Origin: Marsupella aquatica
Taxonomy: Eukaryota > Plantae > Marchantiophyta
NCBI GenBank assembly: GCA_973895155.1
Contig: OZ316897.1
Span: 21,232,260-21,296,259 of the forward strand
Direction: 5' to 3'
Length of the DNA: 64,000 nucleotides
The notes beneath the pieces are model-generated. The model did not search any database. It was not told the DNA's origin and was given only the letters and a program-made list of their open reading frames with translations. Of this stretch, positions 25,501 to 36,800 are shown one piece after another. The stretch's first letter is position 1; the number at the start of each line of letters is the position of its first letter. A program made the translations under genes and the position numbers.

Positions 25501-28500
25501 TCACTCATTAACCGCCGTACCGGCGGTGTCACATAGCTCCCTGCTTAATTGTGAAGCGTCCTCGCGAACATCGCTATCGGCGTCGTCATCTTGATGGTGG
25601 TACTTTTTTACACGATCGTAGCTGATTCGCGTGGGGAGTAAATCGCCGGCATACGTCGCAAGCTCCAAAGATCCGTTTCGGTAGATCTGATTGACAAGGA
25701 AGGGCCCCAACCACCGGGTATGCAGCTTCCCTGGAAACTGCATGTACCTACTATCGTACAGAAGGACTAGATCGCCTGCCACGACATCGACCCTCCGTAG
25801 TCCTTTGTCGTGCTGCTTCTTCGAAGTTGCCTGTTGCTTCACGGTGTGTCGAGTTGCCAGTAGCCGTGCTTCTTCCAAGGCTTCAATCTGATAAGCTCGG
25901 TCTGACAGACTTTCAGATTCAGGTAAGCGATCCCGAATGCTGACCCGTGGAGTGTGCACTTCAAATTCGACGGGCACCAACGAATGTTGGCCGAACACCA
26001 GAAAGTACGGGCTATGACTCGTAGTAGTTTTGTAAGCTAGATTATACGAGTACACCGCCGCGTACAACTTATCATCCCAATCCGTTTTGTGCGCAGCTAC
26101 AGTTTTGTTGAGGATCTTCCCAATGATACCATTTGCTCTCTCCGCCATCCCGTTGGCTTTAGGATGATATGGGGTAGTCTTGCGGTGCTTGACTAGGTAA
26201 CGCTCCGTAAGCTGGGCTACGGTGTCATTGAGGAAGTGGGTTCCACGGTCGCTTACCAATTCTAAGGGCGGTCCGAATCGGGTGAAAATCTGTTCGTATA
26301 AGAATCTGGCACTGGTTGCGGCGTCGTCCTTTACCGTAGCCCGCGCTTCGACCCATTTGGTGGAGTAATCAATAGCTAATAGGATGTATCTGCACCTTCG
26401 CCTTCGGGTAACGGGAGTGAACGGTCCGATATAATCAATTCCCCATTTTTCGAATGGTGCCAATGGAAGCACAGATGTGAGCGGGTGATGATGAGCCCGC
26501 CTCGGGGCCCCCGCTCGCTGACACAAGTCACAGCCCTTAATGAAGCGCTGTACATCCCGATGCAACGTAGGCCACCAATACCCCGAGTCCAGAATCTTTC
26601 GGGCTGTCGTAACTACCGCGAAATGGCCTCCAGCTTCTTCTTCATGCAGGGCCCGTATCACGATAAGTGTCTCGTTATACTCTAAGCAGCGTCGTAACTT
26701 TCCGTTAATACCTTCCTTATGTAGGTGACCCTGTATCATGACGTAAGGCCCGGCTTTCCGTAAAAACACAGCGGCGGCCTCCTGATTGATGCCGTCAGGG
26801 ATGCGGCCCGTTAAAAGGAAGGTGATTATTGAGCCGTACCACGTTGGTGTCCCTTCCCCTACGTGGAACAACTCCTCATCCGGAAAAATATCATCAATTG
26901 GCTGATCGACTGGTACACCGTCCAGTCGTGAAAAGAAATCGGCATTGAGGTGTACCCTTCCTGGCCGAACCCGAACTTCGTAATTAAATTCCTGGAGAAG
27001 TAGCACCCACCGGGCTATCCGTCCTGTCACATCCGCTTTGTTGACCATGTACTTCAGGCTATCATGATCCGTGTGGAAAATGACCTTGTAGCCTAGCAGA
27101 TAGTGTCGGAACTTTTTACACGAGTAGATTATTCCCAAAGCTTCTCGATCAGTGGGGGAATAATTCTTTTCGGCTGCAAATAGTTGACGGCTAGCGAAAT
27201 AGATGGGGTGATCACGTCCATCCTCATCTAGCTGACTAAGTACGGATCCGATACAGAACCATGACACATCAACATACACGTGGAACTCCTTATTCCAGTC
27301 TGGGGTGACCATGATAGGCGCGGTGGTGAGTCGTTTACGGAGTTCCTCAAAAGCAATCCGTCTCCGGGGTGTTTCCTCGACCGCTGCGTCCTTCTTCATC
27401 ATCTCAGTTAAGGGCAACGCAATTTTAGCAAAGTCTTTAATGAACCGGCGGTAATACCCTACGCAGCCCAAGAAGGATCGTACTGCTTTTTGATCCAAGG
27501 GGAACACCACCGCCATCCAGGCCGCAACTTTCTCTTGGTCCACCTCAATGCCCCGTTTGGACACACGATGCCCGAGTAACACCCCCTCCTCTACCCCGAA
27601 GAAGCATTTGGCGGGATGTAGTTTGAGGTTAACATCTCGGCATCGTTGCAACGTTCGTCGTAGGTGTTCGGGGTGCATGGCAACGGTTCCGAAGATGGCA
27701 AAGTCATCGATAAATATCTCCAAAAATTCCCGTAGGAAATCGTGGAAGATATTCATCATAAGGCGCTGAAACATAGCCGGGGCGTTACACAGACCAAAAG
27801 GCATCCTCCGAAATGTGAACGTTCCCCACTCCGTAGTGAACGTTGTTTTGAGCTGATCCGCGAGACGAATCCAGATTTGGTTATAACCTGAATACCCGTC
27901 AAGAAATGTATAGATTTCATTTCGGGCCACCATATCTAGAACCATATCCGTGAATGGTAATGGGTAATGGTCTTTTCGGGTTGCGTCATTCAGCTTACGG
28001 TAGTCCTGACAGATACGAATCTTAGGTTTTCCATCCGTACCTCCCTTCTTTGGTACAATGACAATGGGAGAGACCCAGTCGCTGGCCATTACCGGGTAAA
28101 TGATATCGGCGGCGAGGAGACGATCAATTTCCTCCTTCACTAAGATGGAGTACCTCGGATTCATGCGACGTTGTCGCTGTCGTACCGCATGGGCTCCTAG
28201 GTTCAGATCGATTGTGTGTTCTCCCAACTCGGGGGAGACGCCTGTTAAATCATGATGACTCCATGCAAACACATCTTCATATTCCTTGAGCAAAGCTTGG
28301 ATGGCTTTTTCAGCCTTCCCCGTCAAAGCGTGGCCCAGGTTAAAAGATTTGTCCATCCCAATAGTGTACTTCCGGTAGTGCTCCTTCCTGATGACTTCAA
28401 CCTGGTTTCGCAGACTCGGGTCCAGGCTCGCGTCAAGCTCAGCTAACCGAACCCCTCCGTACATGGGTGGGACCGGGATTGGTCTCGGGATGGGGTTTAC

Positions 28501-31500
28501 TTCCTCCAATTGCGGAATGGACGGATCCCATGAGACTCGCTTTTTATGTCTCGGTCTCGAGTTTTCGGCCTCAGGCGGTTGTTGGGCTGGTTCATGGTTA
28601 CAAGGCTCTGAAATGGAAGGAGTAGCCACGGCTCCCTGCTTGGCTGGAGCCGTGTCCTCCGTCTCGACGAGTTGTTCGTGCGTTTCCTCATCCCCGACAG
28701 TAGATGTACTTGGGGTGGACTCAATGGCAGCCCTCGGGTAATTTAGGAGATGTGTTTCTCGGGTTGCTTCAACTCCGAAGACATCTTCCTCGGATAGGGA
28801 CGAGATGAGTTCGATCATATTGAGTTCCTCTTCCTCCGAGGTCTCCGAATCATATTCCTCGGGTCCTTGTGGGGTTTCTCCCTGATAATCGTCCATTGCC
28901 CAGGATACCCGTACGGTGGGTTCCCCGAACCGTAGCTCCTTCTTTCCCCAATCCGTGACTACACGGCCACCGTACAGCCACGGCCTGCCCAGAAGAACCG
29001 GATAAGAGGAGGGACGAACCGGCCTCATGACTAAGAAGTTGAGATAGAACTCTACCCCTCCCACCAGAGTGAGCACTCGTGTGAGCGTGCCTAATGGGAG
29101 GACCCTTGCCCCGTTTGCTAATCTGATAGCTCGGGCCGTGGGTTGATACGTGAGGTATCCTAACTTGACTGACGTTTCTTCAGTCATGATGTTGACTCCC
29201 GCTCCTCCGTCTACAAGGACCATCTTGATGGTACAGTTATTAATTTCGATCGAGATGTCCGATGCTCCAAGGTCCTCGCATATCATGTTGCAGTCCGCAC
29301 TCCCAACTCGGGGTAGTCTTCTCCTTCGGCGACCCATGAGCAACTCCCTCAGTTGTCGTCTGTACTGTGGGTTGTTCTGCAGCAGTTGCCCCACCGTCGC
29401 TGTAACCGGGCAACTCTTCACGTCCTCCTTAATATCATAGTCCTCCTTTGTTTCTTTCGTTGGCTGCTGCTTGGCTTCCTCTTGTTTATCTTGCTTTTCT
29501 TGCTCCTGATGCCGGGCTGTCTCGGCTGCTTTGATGTCCTTATCGATTGCCTTCTGGTATTCCCGAGCTTCGTAAGCCTCCAGCTGTTTCTTTACCAATT
29601 CTTCGATGCGGGGGAAAAATAGCTTCGGGTCGTCCCGTCGGTAGTCATCGTCCTTTTCCGGGGGTATATTTATCGCTGGCTGCACTGGAGTAGTATCTTG
29701 CTTTTTCCTCCTTTTCTCCTCCGTCTTTTCTTCCTTCCGTTCGGCCCTTGTCGACACTCGGTAGCACTCGGCCTCATCCAATGGATTAGGGTGTTCCGCC
29801 ACGTCCACCAGATTCACCCACTCGGTGTTGTCATCTTGCCATTCTACAACAATCATTTGGACGACTGCATCGCTCGTGACTGGTCCAGCCTGGGCCGGTC
29901 TAGCCGCACTCGTTCGAGCAGCGATTACCAACGGACAGTTGGCCGTGGAATGAGCCTCCGTTTTGCAAACTTGACATAGTGGGGTGCCTCGGCCATCTCC
30001 CTGACGTCTTGGTTCGGTGCATTCCCTTGCAAAGTGTCCTGGCTTTTCACAGTTGTAACAAACCGAGGACCGCCAAATCCCTGGCTTAGGAGGGATGCTC
30101 GGGTTACTGATAACCTGGAAACTCCGGCCATTACTTGGGTAGGGGTACGCAGTTCTACCCGCTAAATTACGCGGACCAACCGTTGAAATCTGGTACACGG
30201 AATCAGGAGGGTCCTCAAAGAAATACTCCGTGGACTCCGATTCGGGGCCCGGGTTGTCAACATCATCCAGCTCTACTTGGTGAACTCGGTTCTTCCACCT
30301 TGGGCATTCCTGCACCACATGGCCGGATTGGAAGCACTTTGAACACCACGCATGGGCTCGAATCTCAGATGGCTTCTTCTTCTCCACCGGCTTCTCCGCA
30401 AGATGTACTGACAGTGCTTTGAGTCGATCCGTGATTTCGTTCAGCTTGTTTGCTTCGGCAGCCTTTGGATCTGGTATCGTTCTTCGCGCCCGGGGTTTAA
30501 TCTTCCCCTCCTTCTTCACTCGTCTCTTCTTCTTTTTGCTCCGGCTTTCGCTCTCCAAGTCACTTCCTGATGAACTGGAGGTAGAGGATCCGATGCTTGA
30601 AGCTGAATCCGAACTGGATTCCGTCTCGGAGCTGGACGAGGTCGAACGATGTTTCTTCTTCTTCTTCCGTTTCTTCTTCCTCTCGTCGTCCGATTCGGAG
30701 TCACTGTCACTGAAGGTTTCGTACTTACCCTTCCTGCGGCGTGCTCACTGGCTCCACCGGGAGTTATAGGTGGACTCCCGGTAAGTTTCGGCGCACGCTA
30801 TGGCCGCCTGCATTGAAATTGGATTATTCTGGCGTACCCAGAATTGCATATTCGTGGGCAAACCATGAAGGAACCATGTAAGCTGGAGCGCGTCTCCTGG
30901 CCTGGGCCGGATCTTGGCTGCAAGTTTCTGAAACTTCTGAATGAACTTCCGCAGGGACTCTTTTTTTCCCATGCAAAGCTGGCCAATCTTTAATAGAGAA
31001 CGTTGTTCTGATCCAATGGCACGAAACTCCTGCAGCAATGCAGCTTGGAATTGTGCCCAGGTAGTCCCGGGTGGTAACGAGTTGTACCATGGACGAGCTT
31101 CTCCCCGCATTACTCCCGGGAGGACGGTTAGCTTAATGGCGTCTTCCCCATTAGCTTTAGCAGTGGCTTCAAACTCATCCAACCATTCATCCGGATCATC
31201 CCCATGACGTCCTTTGAAAGGTCGATAATGAAATCGCGATCATTGCGATATTTGTGGAGGCGCCTGAGCAGCGCGGGCCACCGGTGGAGCGGCTGCCATA
31301 GGTGGTGGTGGTGGTGGTGGTGGTGGTGGAACCGCAGCAGGGCCGGTCGAACCGGACCTCGAAGATCTCGGGGGTATGTTCATACGTCGGGACGATTGCG
31401 AGTCCTCCGAGCCCGACGAGTCGGAGCTTGTTGTGGTTGCACTTTCCCGTTCGCTGGTCAATCTCCTCAAGTAAGCTGCTTGAGAACGAGTGACGGGCAT
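25501..31500 (-). pseudogene. gag-pol: gag-pol of Gypsy B: single 2000-codon frame with two premature TGA
   Basis: ATG 31500 (MPVTRSQ); TGA at 31240-31242 and 30745-30747, in frame with ORF 25501-30558; 3 CCHC knuckles, VDGGAG protease, RT FIDDF, RH, INT with WLGPF (GPY/F) motif; no chromodomain and no extra RNase H. Confidence 0.93.
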
Positions 31501-31593
31501 TTACTCATATAAATGCAATGGTTAGTACTACGTCCTGATGTATCCTGCCTAGGTGAATACACACATGTCTCCCCTCTACGATATGTAGAGTGC

Positions 31594-31611
31594 CCCCTCC
31601 ATCTAGCGCCA
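31594..31611 (-). promoter_or_regulatory. Primer-binding site of Gypsy B (tRNA-Asn type), 12 nt from the LTR end
   Basis: TGGCGCTAGATGGAGGGG, identical to the PBS of A. Confidence 0.8.
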
Positions 31612-31623
31612 AAACAAAGGCTA

Positions 31624-33869
31624 TGTCACGTCGTAGGCTTCGGCTTTAACTCAGACTTCAGCTTAGACGGGCACATCCCTCGTAAATCTGAGGGTTCGGG
31701 CAGGAAGGGAAGCACGTAATGCACCTTATTCTAGTAAACTAGCGCTAAGTGCGCATACTGCTAAATACGGACACCTCCTAGGTATGGTTTGTGTTCCGCC
31801 GCCGGAACGTACCTTAGTCGATAGCAGGATCGACCCCGGCTTAAGGGCTTCTAAGCCTTCGTGCTGTCCGCCTTCGATCCGGATTCGATGATACAGGTCC
31901 TCAACCCGTGCTCGCAACCACTTACCCGCAGGCTGCACCCTGTGCACGTCTCGGGTAGTGCGTTCGGCCCGGCGCTGCCACCCATATACGAGAAACCCAC
32001 ACACATATGCGCACACATGCATACAATCTCGATTTACACGAAGGAAAAATGATGGGAAAGGATTTTTACTACAAAGGGAACATATGCGTACACTTAGTTG
32101 ACACGACAGCCCTGGAATGCACAGGTTCAAGGCCAAGGGTGCACACTACAACGGAGCCCGGCTCCGCACTCGCCCAGCAAGCTCAGTCCTACCCCCTCCC
32201 CTTGGTACTCTGTCATTCCCAGAGGTCGGGACTCCCCGCATGTCCCGCGGATGTCCGACTCTGAAACTAAAAACCCCCCCTGCCTCTACCGAGGGGTGCA
32301 CTAAATACTAAGAGCCGAGGAACGGGGTGTCCTCCCGCCGAAGATTCGCTGACCAAGGTCCTAACTAAGCTGACAGTCAGGCCGGAAAACGGCTGTGTCT
32401 TATTAGAAGATCCTAATCTACGCAGGCTGGACAGCAGGGCAGCGCTGCCGTACCTAAGGCAGGTGCCTGCCCCAAGAGCCTGACCAAGCCAATCCTAATC
32501 CTAATCTATTCCTACTCCGCCGCTAATGCCTGGCACGCTTGCCAGAGCCGCCCGAATGGGAACGGCCATCCCGCTGCCTTCGAAGCCTGTCATTGTCCGC
32601 TTTGAGGAGCTGGACCTGGTCCAGCAGAGATTCGTTCTCTCGCCTCGCCGCGTCCGTCTCCTTCGCTGCCTCCTGACATGCCTCCTCCAGCTGCTGGGCG
32701 TCGCTCGCCAGTTTACTCGCCAGCTGGTCCTGCTTCTCGGCCTCGGTTTGGAGCCGTGCCATCTCGGCCTGCAGTGTGGCTATCTTCGTCGCGTCCCGCT
32801 GGGCTCGCTCCTCGGCCTCCTCCAGGTCTTTCTGCCAGGTGACAGCTTGTTTCTTCAAACTCTCAATCTGGTTCGGGAGGCGTGTAATCTCGGCCTCGTT
32901 CCCAGCTTTGGCCTGTTCGGCTAGGGCGGTAAGAGCGTACGCCTTTGCTAACAACTCATCGGCGGCTGCAACCTTGGGTCGTAGTTGCAGAAGCTCAGCC
33001 TCTTGAGCCGCCACTTCGTTCTTTAGGTACACGGACTCCACCCGGTACCGCTCTATCCTCTGAAGGGCCTCCGACTGGGCCCGCCCTGCCTTTACGGCGG
33101 CAACCAACTCCTGATTGAAGAAACAGGCTACCTTCCGAGTCATGAACTCCCCGGTATCCCGGGCAATTTGATGAGAGAAATCCCCCAGAAGCCCGTTCAG
33201 AAACGTACCCTGTACGAAGAGTTCCGGGTGGTCCAAGTTGTGCCTGTCCGGATTTGGGCACGGGCAGACATCAACAGGCGCAGGGGCCGGGGCAGTGACG
33301 TCCAGCCCTGGGGACATAACGTTGGAAGGGGCCGGAGTATCCTCCTGCAGCGATGTCCGGTTCTCCGGAATTGCCACCGGCGGGTCCTTGGGAGACCCGG
33401 GTTCGGGTAAGACCTCTGCCGTACCAACTTCTGTACTTAGCCCGGCTAGTTGGGTCGCATCAACGGTTGCGACGACCGACCCCTCCGGCGCCTCCTCGGT
33501 TACGATTACAGCTATTTGTGGAGGTGGGGTGGGTGAAGCTGGCGTGTCCACTGGACTTCGGGCCTCGGGTTGGGGCCGTCTCTCCAATGCCGGAAAAACC
33601 CACCTAGCTGGGACCAGCTTTGTAACGTTGATGCGGGGAAGGGTTCGTCGATCAAACCGGGCATACCACTCAAGAATGATTTCGATGTGGCTAGCGAAAT
33701 ACGCCTTCCCGCCAATGTACAGCGTCTTCCTTCGCCGCTCCATCTCTTCATGGAATTTCTTAGCGAAGTACGACGCCCACTTCCTAGGTCGATAGTTCTC
33801 GACCTGGATGACCTGGGCGGCGGAGATCTCCCCCCGGGGTTCCATCAAGTGGAGAGCGTACCTCTGGAA
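31624..33869 (-). repeat. Truncated 5' LTR of Gypsy B, containing the 3' half of its LTR ORF (32523-33869)
   Basis: Matches 21527-23771 (offset 10097/10098); peptide 32523-33848 is near-identical to the C-terminal 441 aa of 22425-24623. Confidence 0.93.
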
Positions 33870-36800
33870 TCTACTTGCCCGAATCTACCTATGTACAGCA
33901 AGGCAGGAGCACAAGTGTTGCTCCTACCAGTGGGACCGCAATCCCACTAAGCTAAGTGTCAGGGCCGCTCCTGGTTCTGATCCTAATCCTAAACGTGGAG
34001 ATCCGCGCCCGCCCTGCCCACTCACGCCTCCTCCCTCCACGTCCGCCCTCCCTAAAAGGAACGGCGCCCTTGCACCGTCACGACACCGGTGGTGGATCCT
34101 CAATGGACGCCCCCAACACTTCCTCCTCAGCCACTGCCGTTGGCCCGCCTACTGACAGATTACCTGCCCTTGACCGAGTCAACTCTCCATCGGCCTGACT
34201 GGGTCCACCTTCGGCTTCAGCCTCGACACCGGCCTCGGCAATACCCACGGCTTCGGCCTCAGCCACTCCCATGGCTTCGGCCTCAGCCACTCCCTCGGCT
34301 TCGGCCTCCCCTTCCCCTAGGGTAGTTGGATCCTTAGCCGTGACCCTGTCTGGGGTCGGTGCTGGGTCTACCTCCTTGATCACCACGGCCTGTGAAGTCG
34401 TATTACTCCTTGACCCTGAAGGTTTCCGCTTCTTCTTCGTTGGTGGCTCGGCAGCTGGTCCCTTCCCCTTCCCACTTACTTCCGGCACTGGTGCAGGTGG
34501 CGCGGCTTGTCCTTCGGCAATTACCACCCCTGGTAACTGGTTTGTCCCAACGGGAGATGGACCTGCTGCAGCTAAGCATTTAAATACTGCGGCTTGTTTC
34601 TTCAGCCGCTCTGTTTGGTTGTCGGCCCGCCGCTGTAGGTTCTCCATCTTCCTCGTGATTTCCTCCAACTCCTCTTGGGTTTCATCCAGGTCCTTACGTG
34701 CCCCCTCCAGCTCGTTTTTGGCCTCCTCCTGCTCCCTGTGGGCTTCCTCCAATTCCTTCTTCAAGGTAGCCCTCTCCTCCTGGGTTGCTCTTAGCTCCTT
34801 GTCGAGCTCTGCAATGATGACAGACTCCATCTGGTTCATCTTGGCGTAAGTCTGTTCGAGCATCTCGTCCTTCTCCCTTAGGTCGGCCTTGAAGCTGGCC
34901 GTCAGGGACGCAAGCTCCTGCTGCAGCGCCATAATCCCTTGATAGGATTTCCCTAACTCGACCTCCTTCTGCTCAAGGGCTCCGCGGATTTTCTCGAGCT
35001 CCCCTTTCAACGCCCATTCCTTTCTTTGGGTCTCCGCCATGGCCCGGCTGTTGGCTGTTATGTGGGCCTCCTCTGTATTCTTCAGCTCTTGCTTCCACTT
35101 TTCCCTCTCTTTGATCGTGTCGGCCAACTCTTCCTGCGTCTGAGTCAGTTTATCCTTGATATTCTGATTATCAGCCTGCGCGGCGTCCAACTGCCCCTGC
35201 ATGATGTTCAGCTCATGTCGTTTAATCCGCAGTTCATCTTGGGCTTTCTTGGCCGCCCTTAGATCTTCAATCTCGGCTCCCATCCTCCTAAGCCGCCGAA
35301 TGACCTCGTCCTTCTTGCTTCTCTCTAAAGCCACCGCTTCTTCTAATTGGTGCTTCTCCAACTGCTCCCTATGGAAAAAGGGTCCTACCTCCAACTCCTC
35401 TCCAAAGATGCCGAGCGCAAGTTCCCCACACATCTCACCATACTCCATGGCTCTATTCTTAGCGTAGGTGGAGTAAGTAGAAGTGATCGGCATCGCCCAT
35501 CGTGGCCTCTGCTCCCAAGCCGTCCTGCGGATCTCTTCAATCGTGGCTAGAGGTTTGCTTCCTTTTTCGGCTAGCCGCCTGATGTCCTCCGGCCAATCTC
35601 CTCCTGGTAAATCCTTTTCCTTAGCCAGGGCGGCCTCTTCCTCCTGCTTGATTCGCTCCTGAAATTCCTGCACCGTCTGTTTTATGCCGTCGAAGCTCGG
35701 GGGAGCAACATCTGGTGGGGGAGACTCAGGGCTACTCTGCTGGTTGGGGTCCCCTCGCACTACCCTTGGAAGTGTGGGGAAAAACCGGCCACAGGTCCTT
35801 ACTCCTGGAACGTGATGGTCCGACCCATAGCCGGAATTATCATGGCTGCAGTCCTCCACTGCCTCCTCTACCTCTTGGACGTCAGGCTTCTCCCTCTCCT
35901 CTTCGTCGGTAGGAGCTTCAGGCAATTCTGCCTCAGATTCGGAGCTTGAGGTTGCCACGTACGTTCGAACACCTGGCTTGGATTCCGGCCTGATTCTCTC
36001 CTTGTCTCCAGCAAAGGGGTTTTCTCTTGTGAGCCGGTGTAGGCCTACCTCTGTAGTAGTGTCCTGCATTGTTGCCGTTGCCGTTGTTGTTGCCGATGCC
36101 GATTTCTTTTCTTTCTCCAGTAGTTTCAGCAGACTCTGCATGCCTGGTTGCTGCATCGGCAAGTCTTCCTTCCTGGGCCTAAACACCTGCTCGATCGTAG
36201 GACTAACAGGTGGTTGAGGCTTCTCAGCCAACGGCCTCGGCGTTGGAGCTTCCTCGGGTGCCCTTACCTGCAGGGGAAGTACCGGGGCAAAAGTCTGACC
36301 TCTGGCATACCGGCACAACAGCGGCATGTGATAGCCAAGCCGCAACACGCTCCCCATGCCGATTACCTGCTGCTCCTCCTTTAAGATCTTCTTCAATTGG
36401 TTGAGGAGGTACCCGTTGTAGTCCCGGCTTGGGTCTGGCCTTTCTGCCAGATAGACCTATGCCTTGCCGATCTCTGCCCTCGGTAAGTTACAATGCATGG
36501 TCACCCGCAAGAAGTCGATCATCTCTCCTATGTGCGGGTTGGTGCAGGTGTTCCGGAAGAAGCCATTCTTCATTGATGGCCCGGGGAACGACCGGAACTC
36601 CTTGTCAGGCAAGGTTTTCCTGGTATCACCTTTGGTTTTATTGCCCATCGGCAAGCCAAACACTTCGGCAATCACCTTGGGAGTAAGATAGAAATCCTTC
36701 CCATATATCCTCGTGCAATTGGTCTCGGGTTCCCATGACCCCACGAATTCTAATAGGTCTGACTCCGGTACCTCCGGCTTCAGCCATGGTAATCTTACAA

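Larger units (their letters stand above)
21527..25533 (-). repeat. 3' LTR of Gypsy B, ~4007 bp
   Basis: Repeat homology is proven for 21527-23771. The inner boundary is inferred from PPT-like AGCAGGGAGCTA followed by TGTGACACCG (25533), an imperfect IR of TGTCACGTCG. Confidence 0.75.
21527..33869 (-). mobile_element. Ty3/Gypsy LTR retrotransposon B (same lineage as A, different family), inserted in the 5' LTR of A; its own 5' LTR is truncated by a deletion
   Basis: Direct repeats start TGTCACGTCGTAGG at 21527 and 31624; PBS at 31594-31611; gag-pol 31500-25501; the right TSD is lost. Confidence 0.93.
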
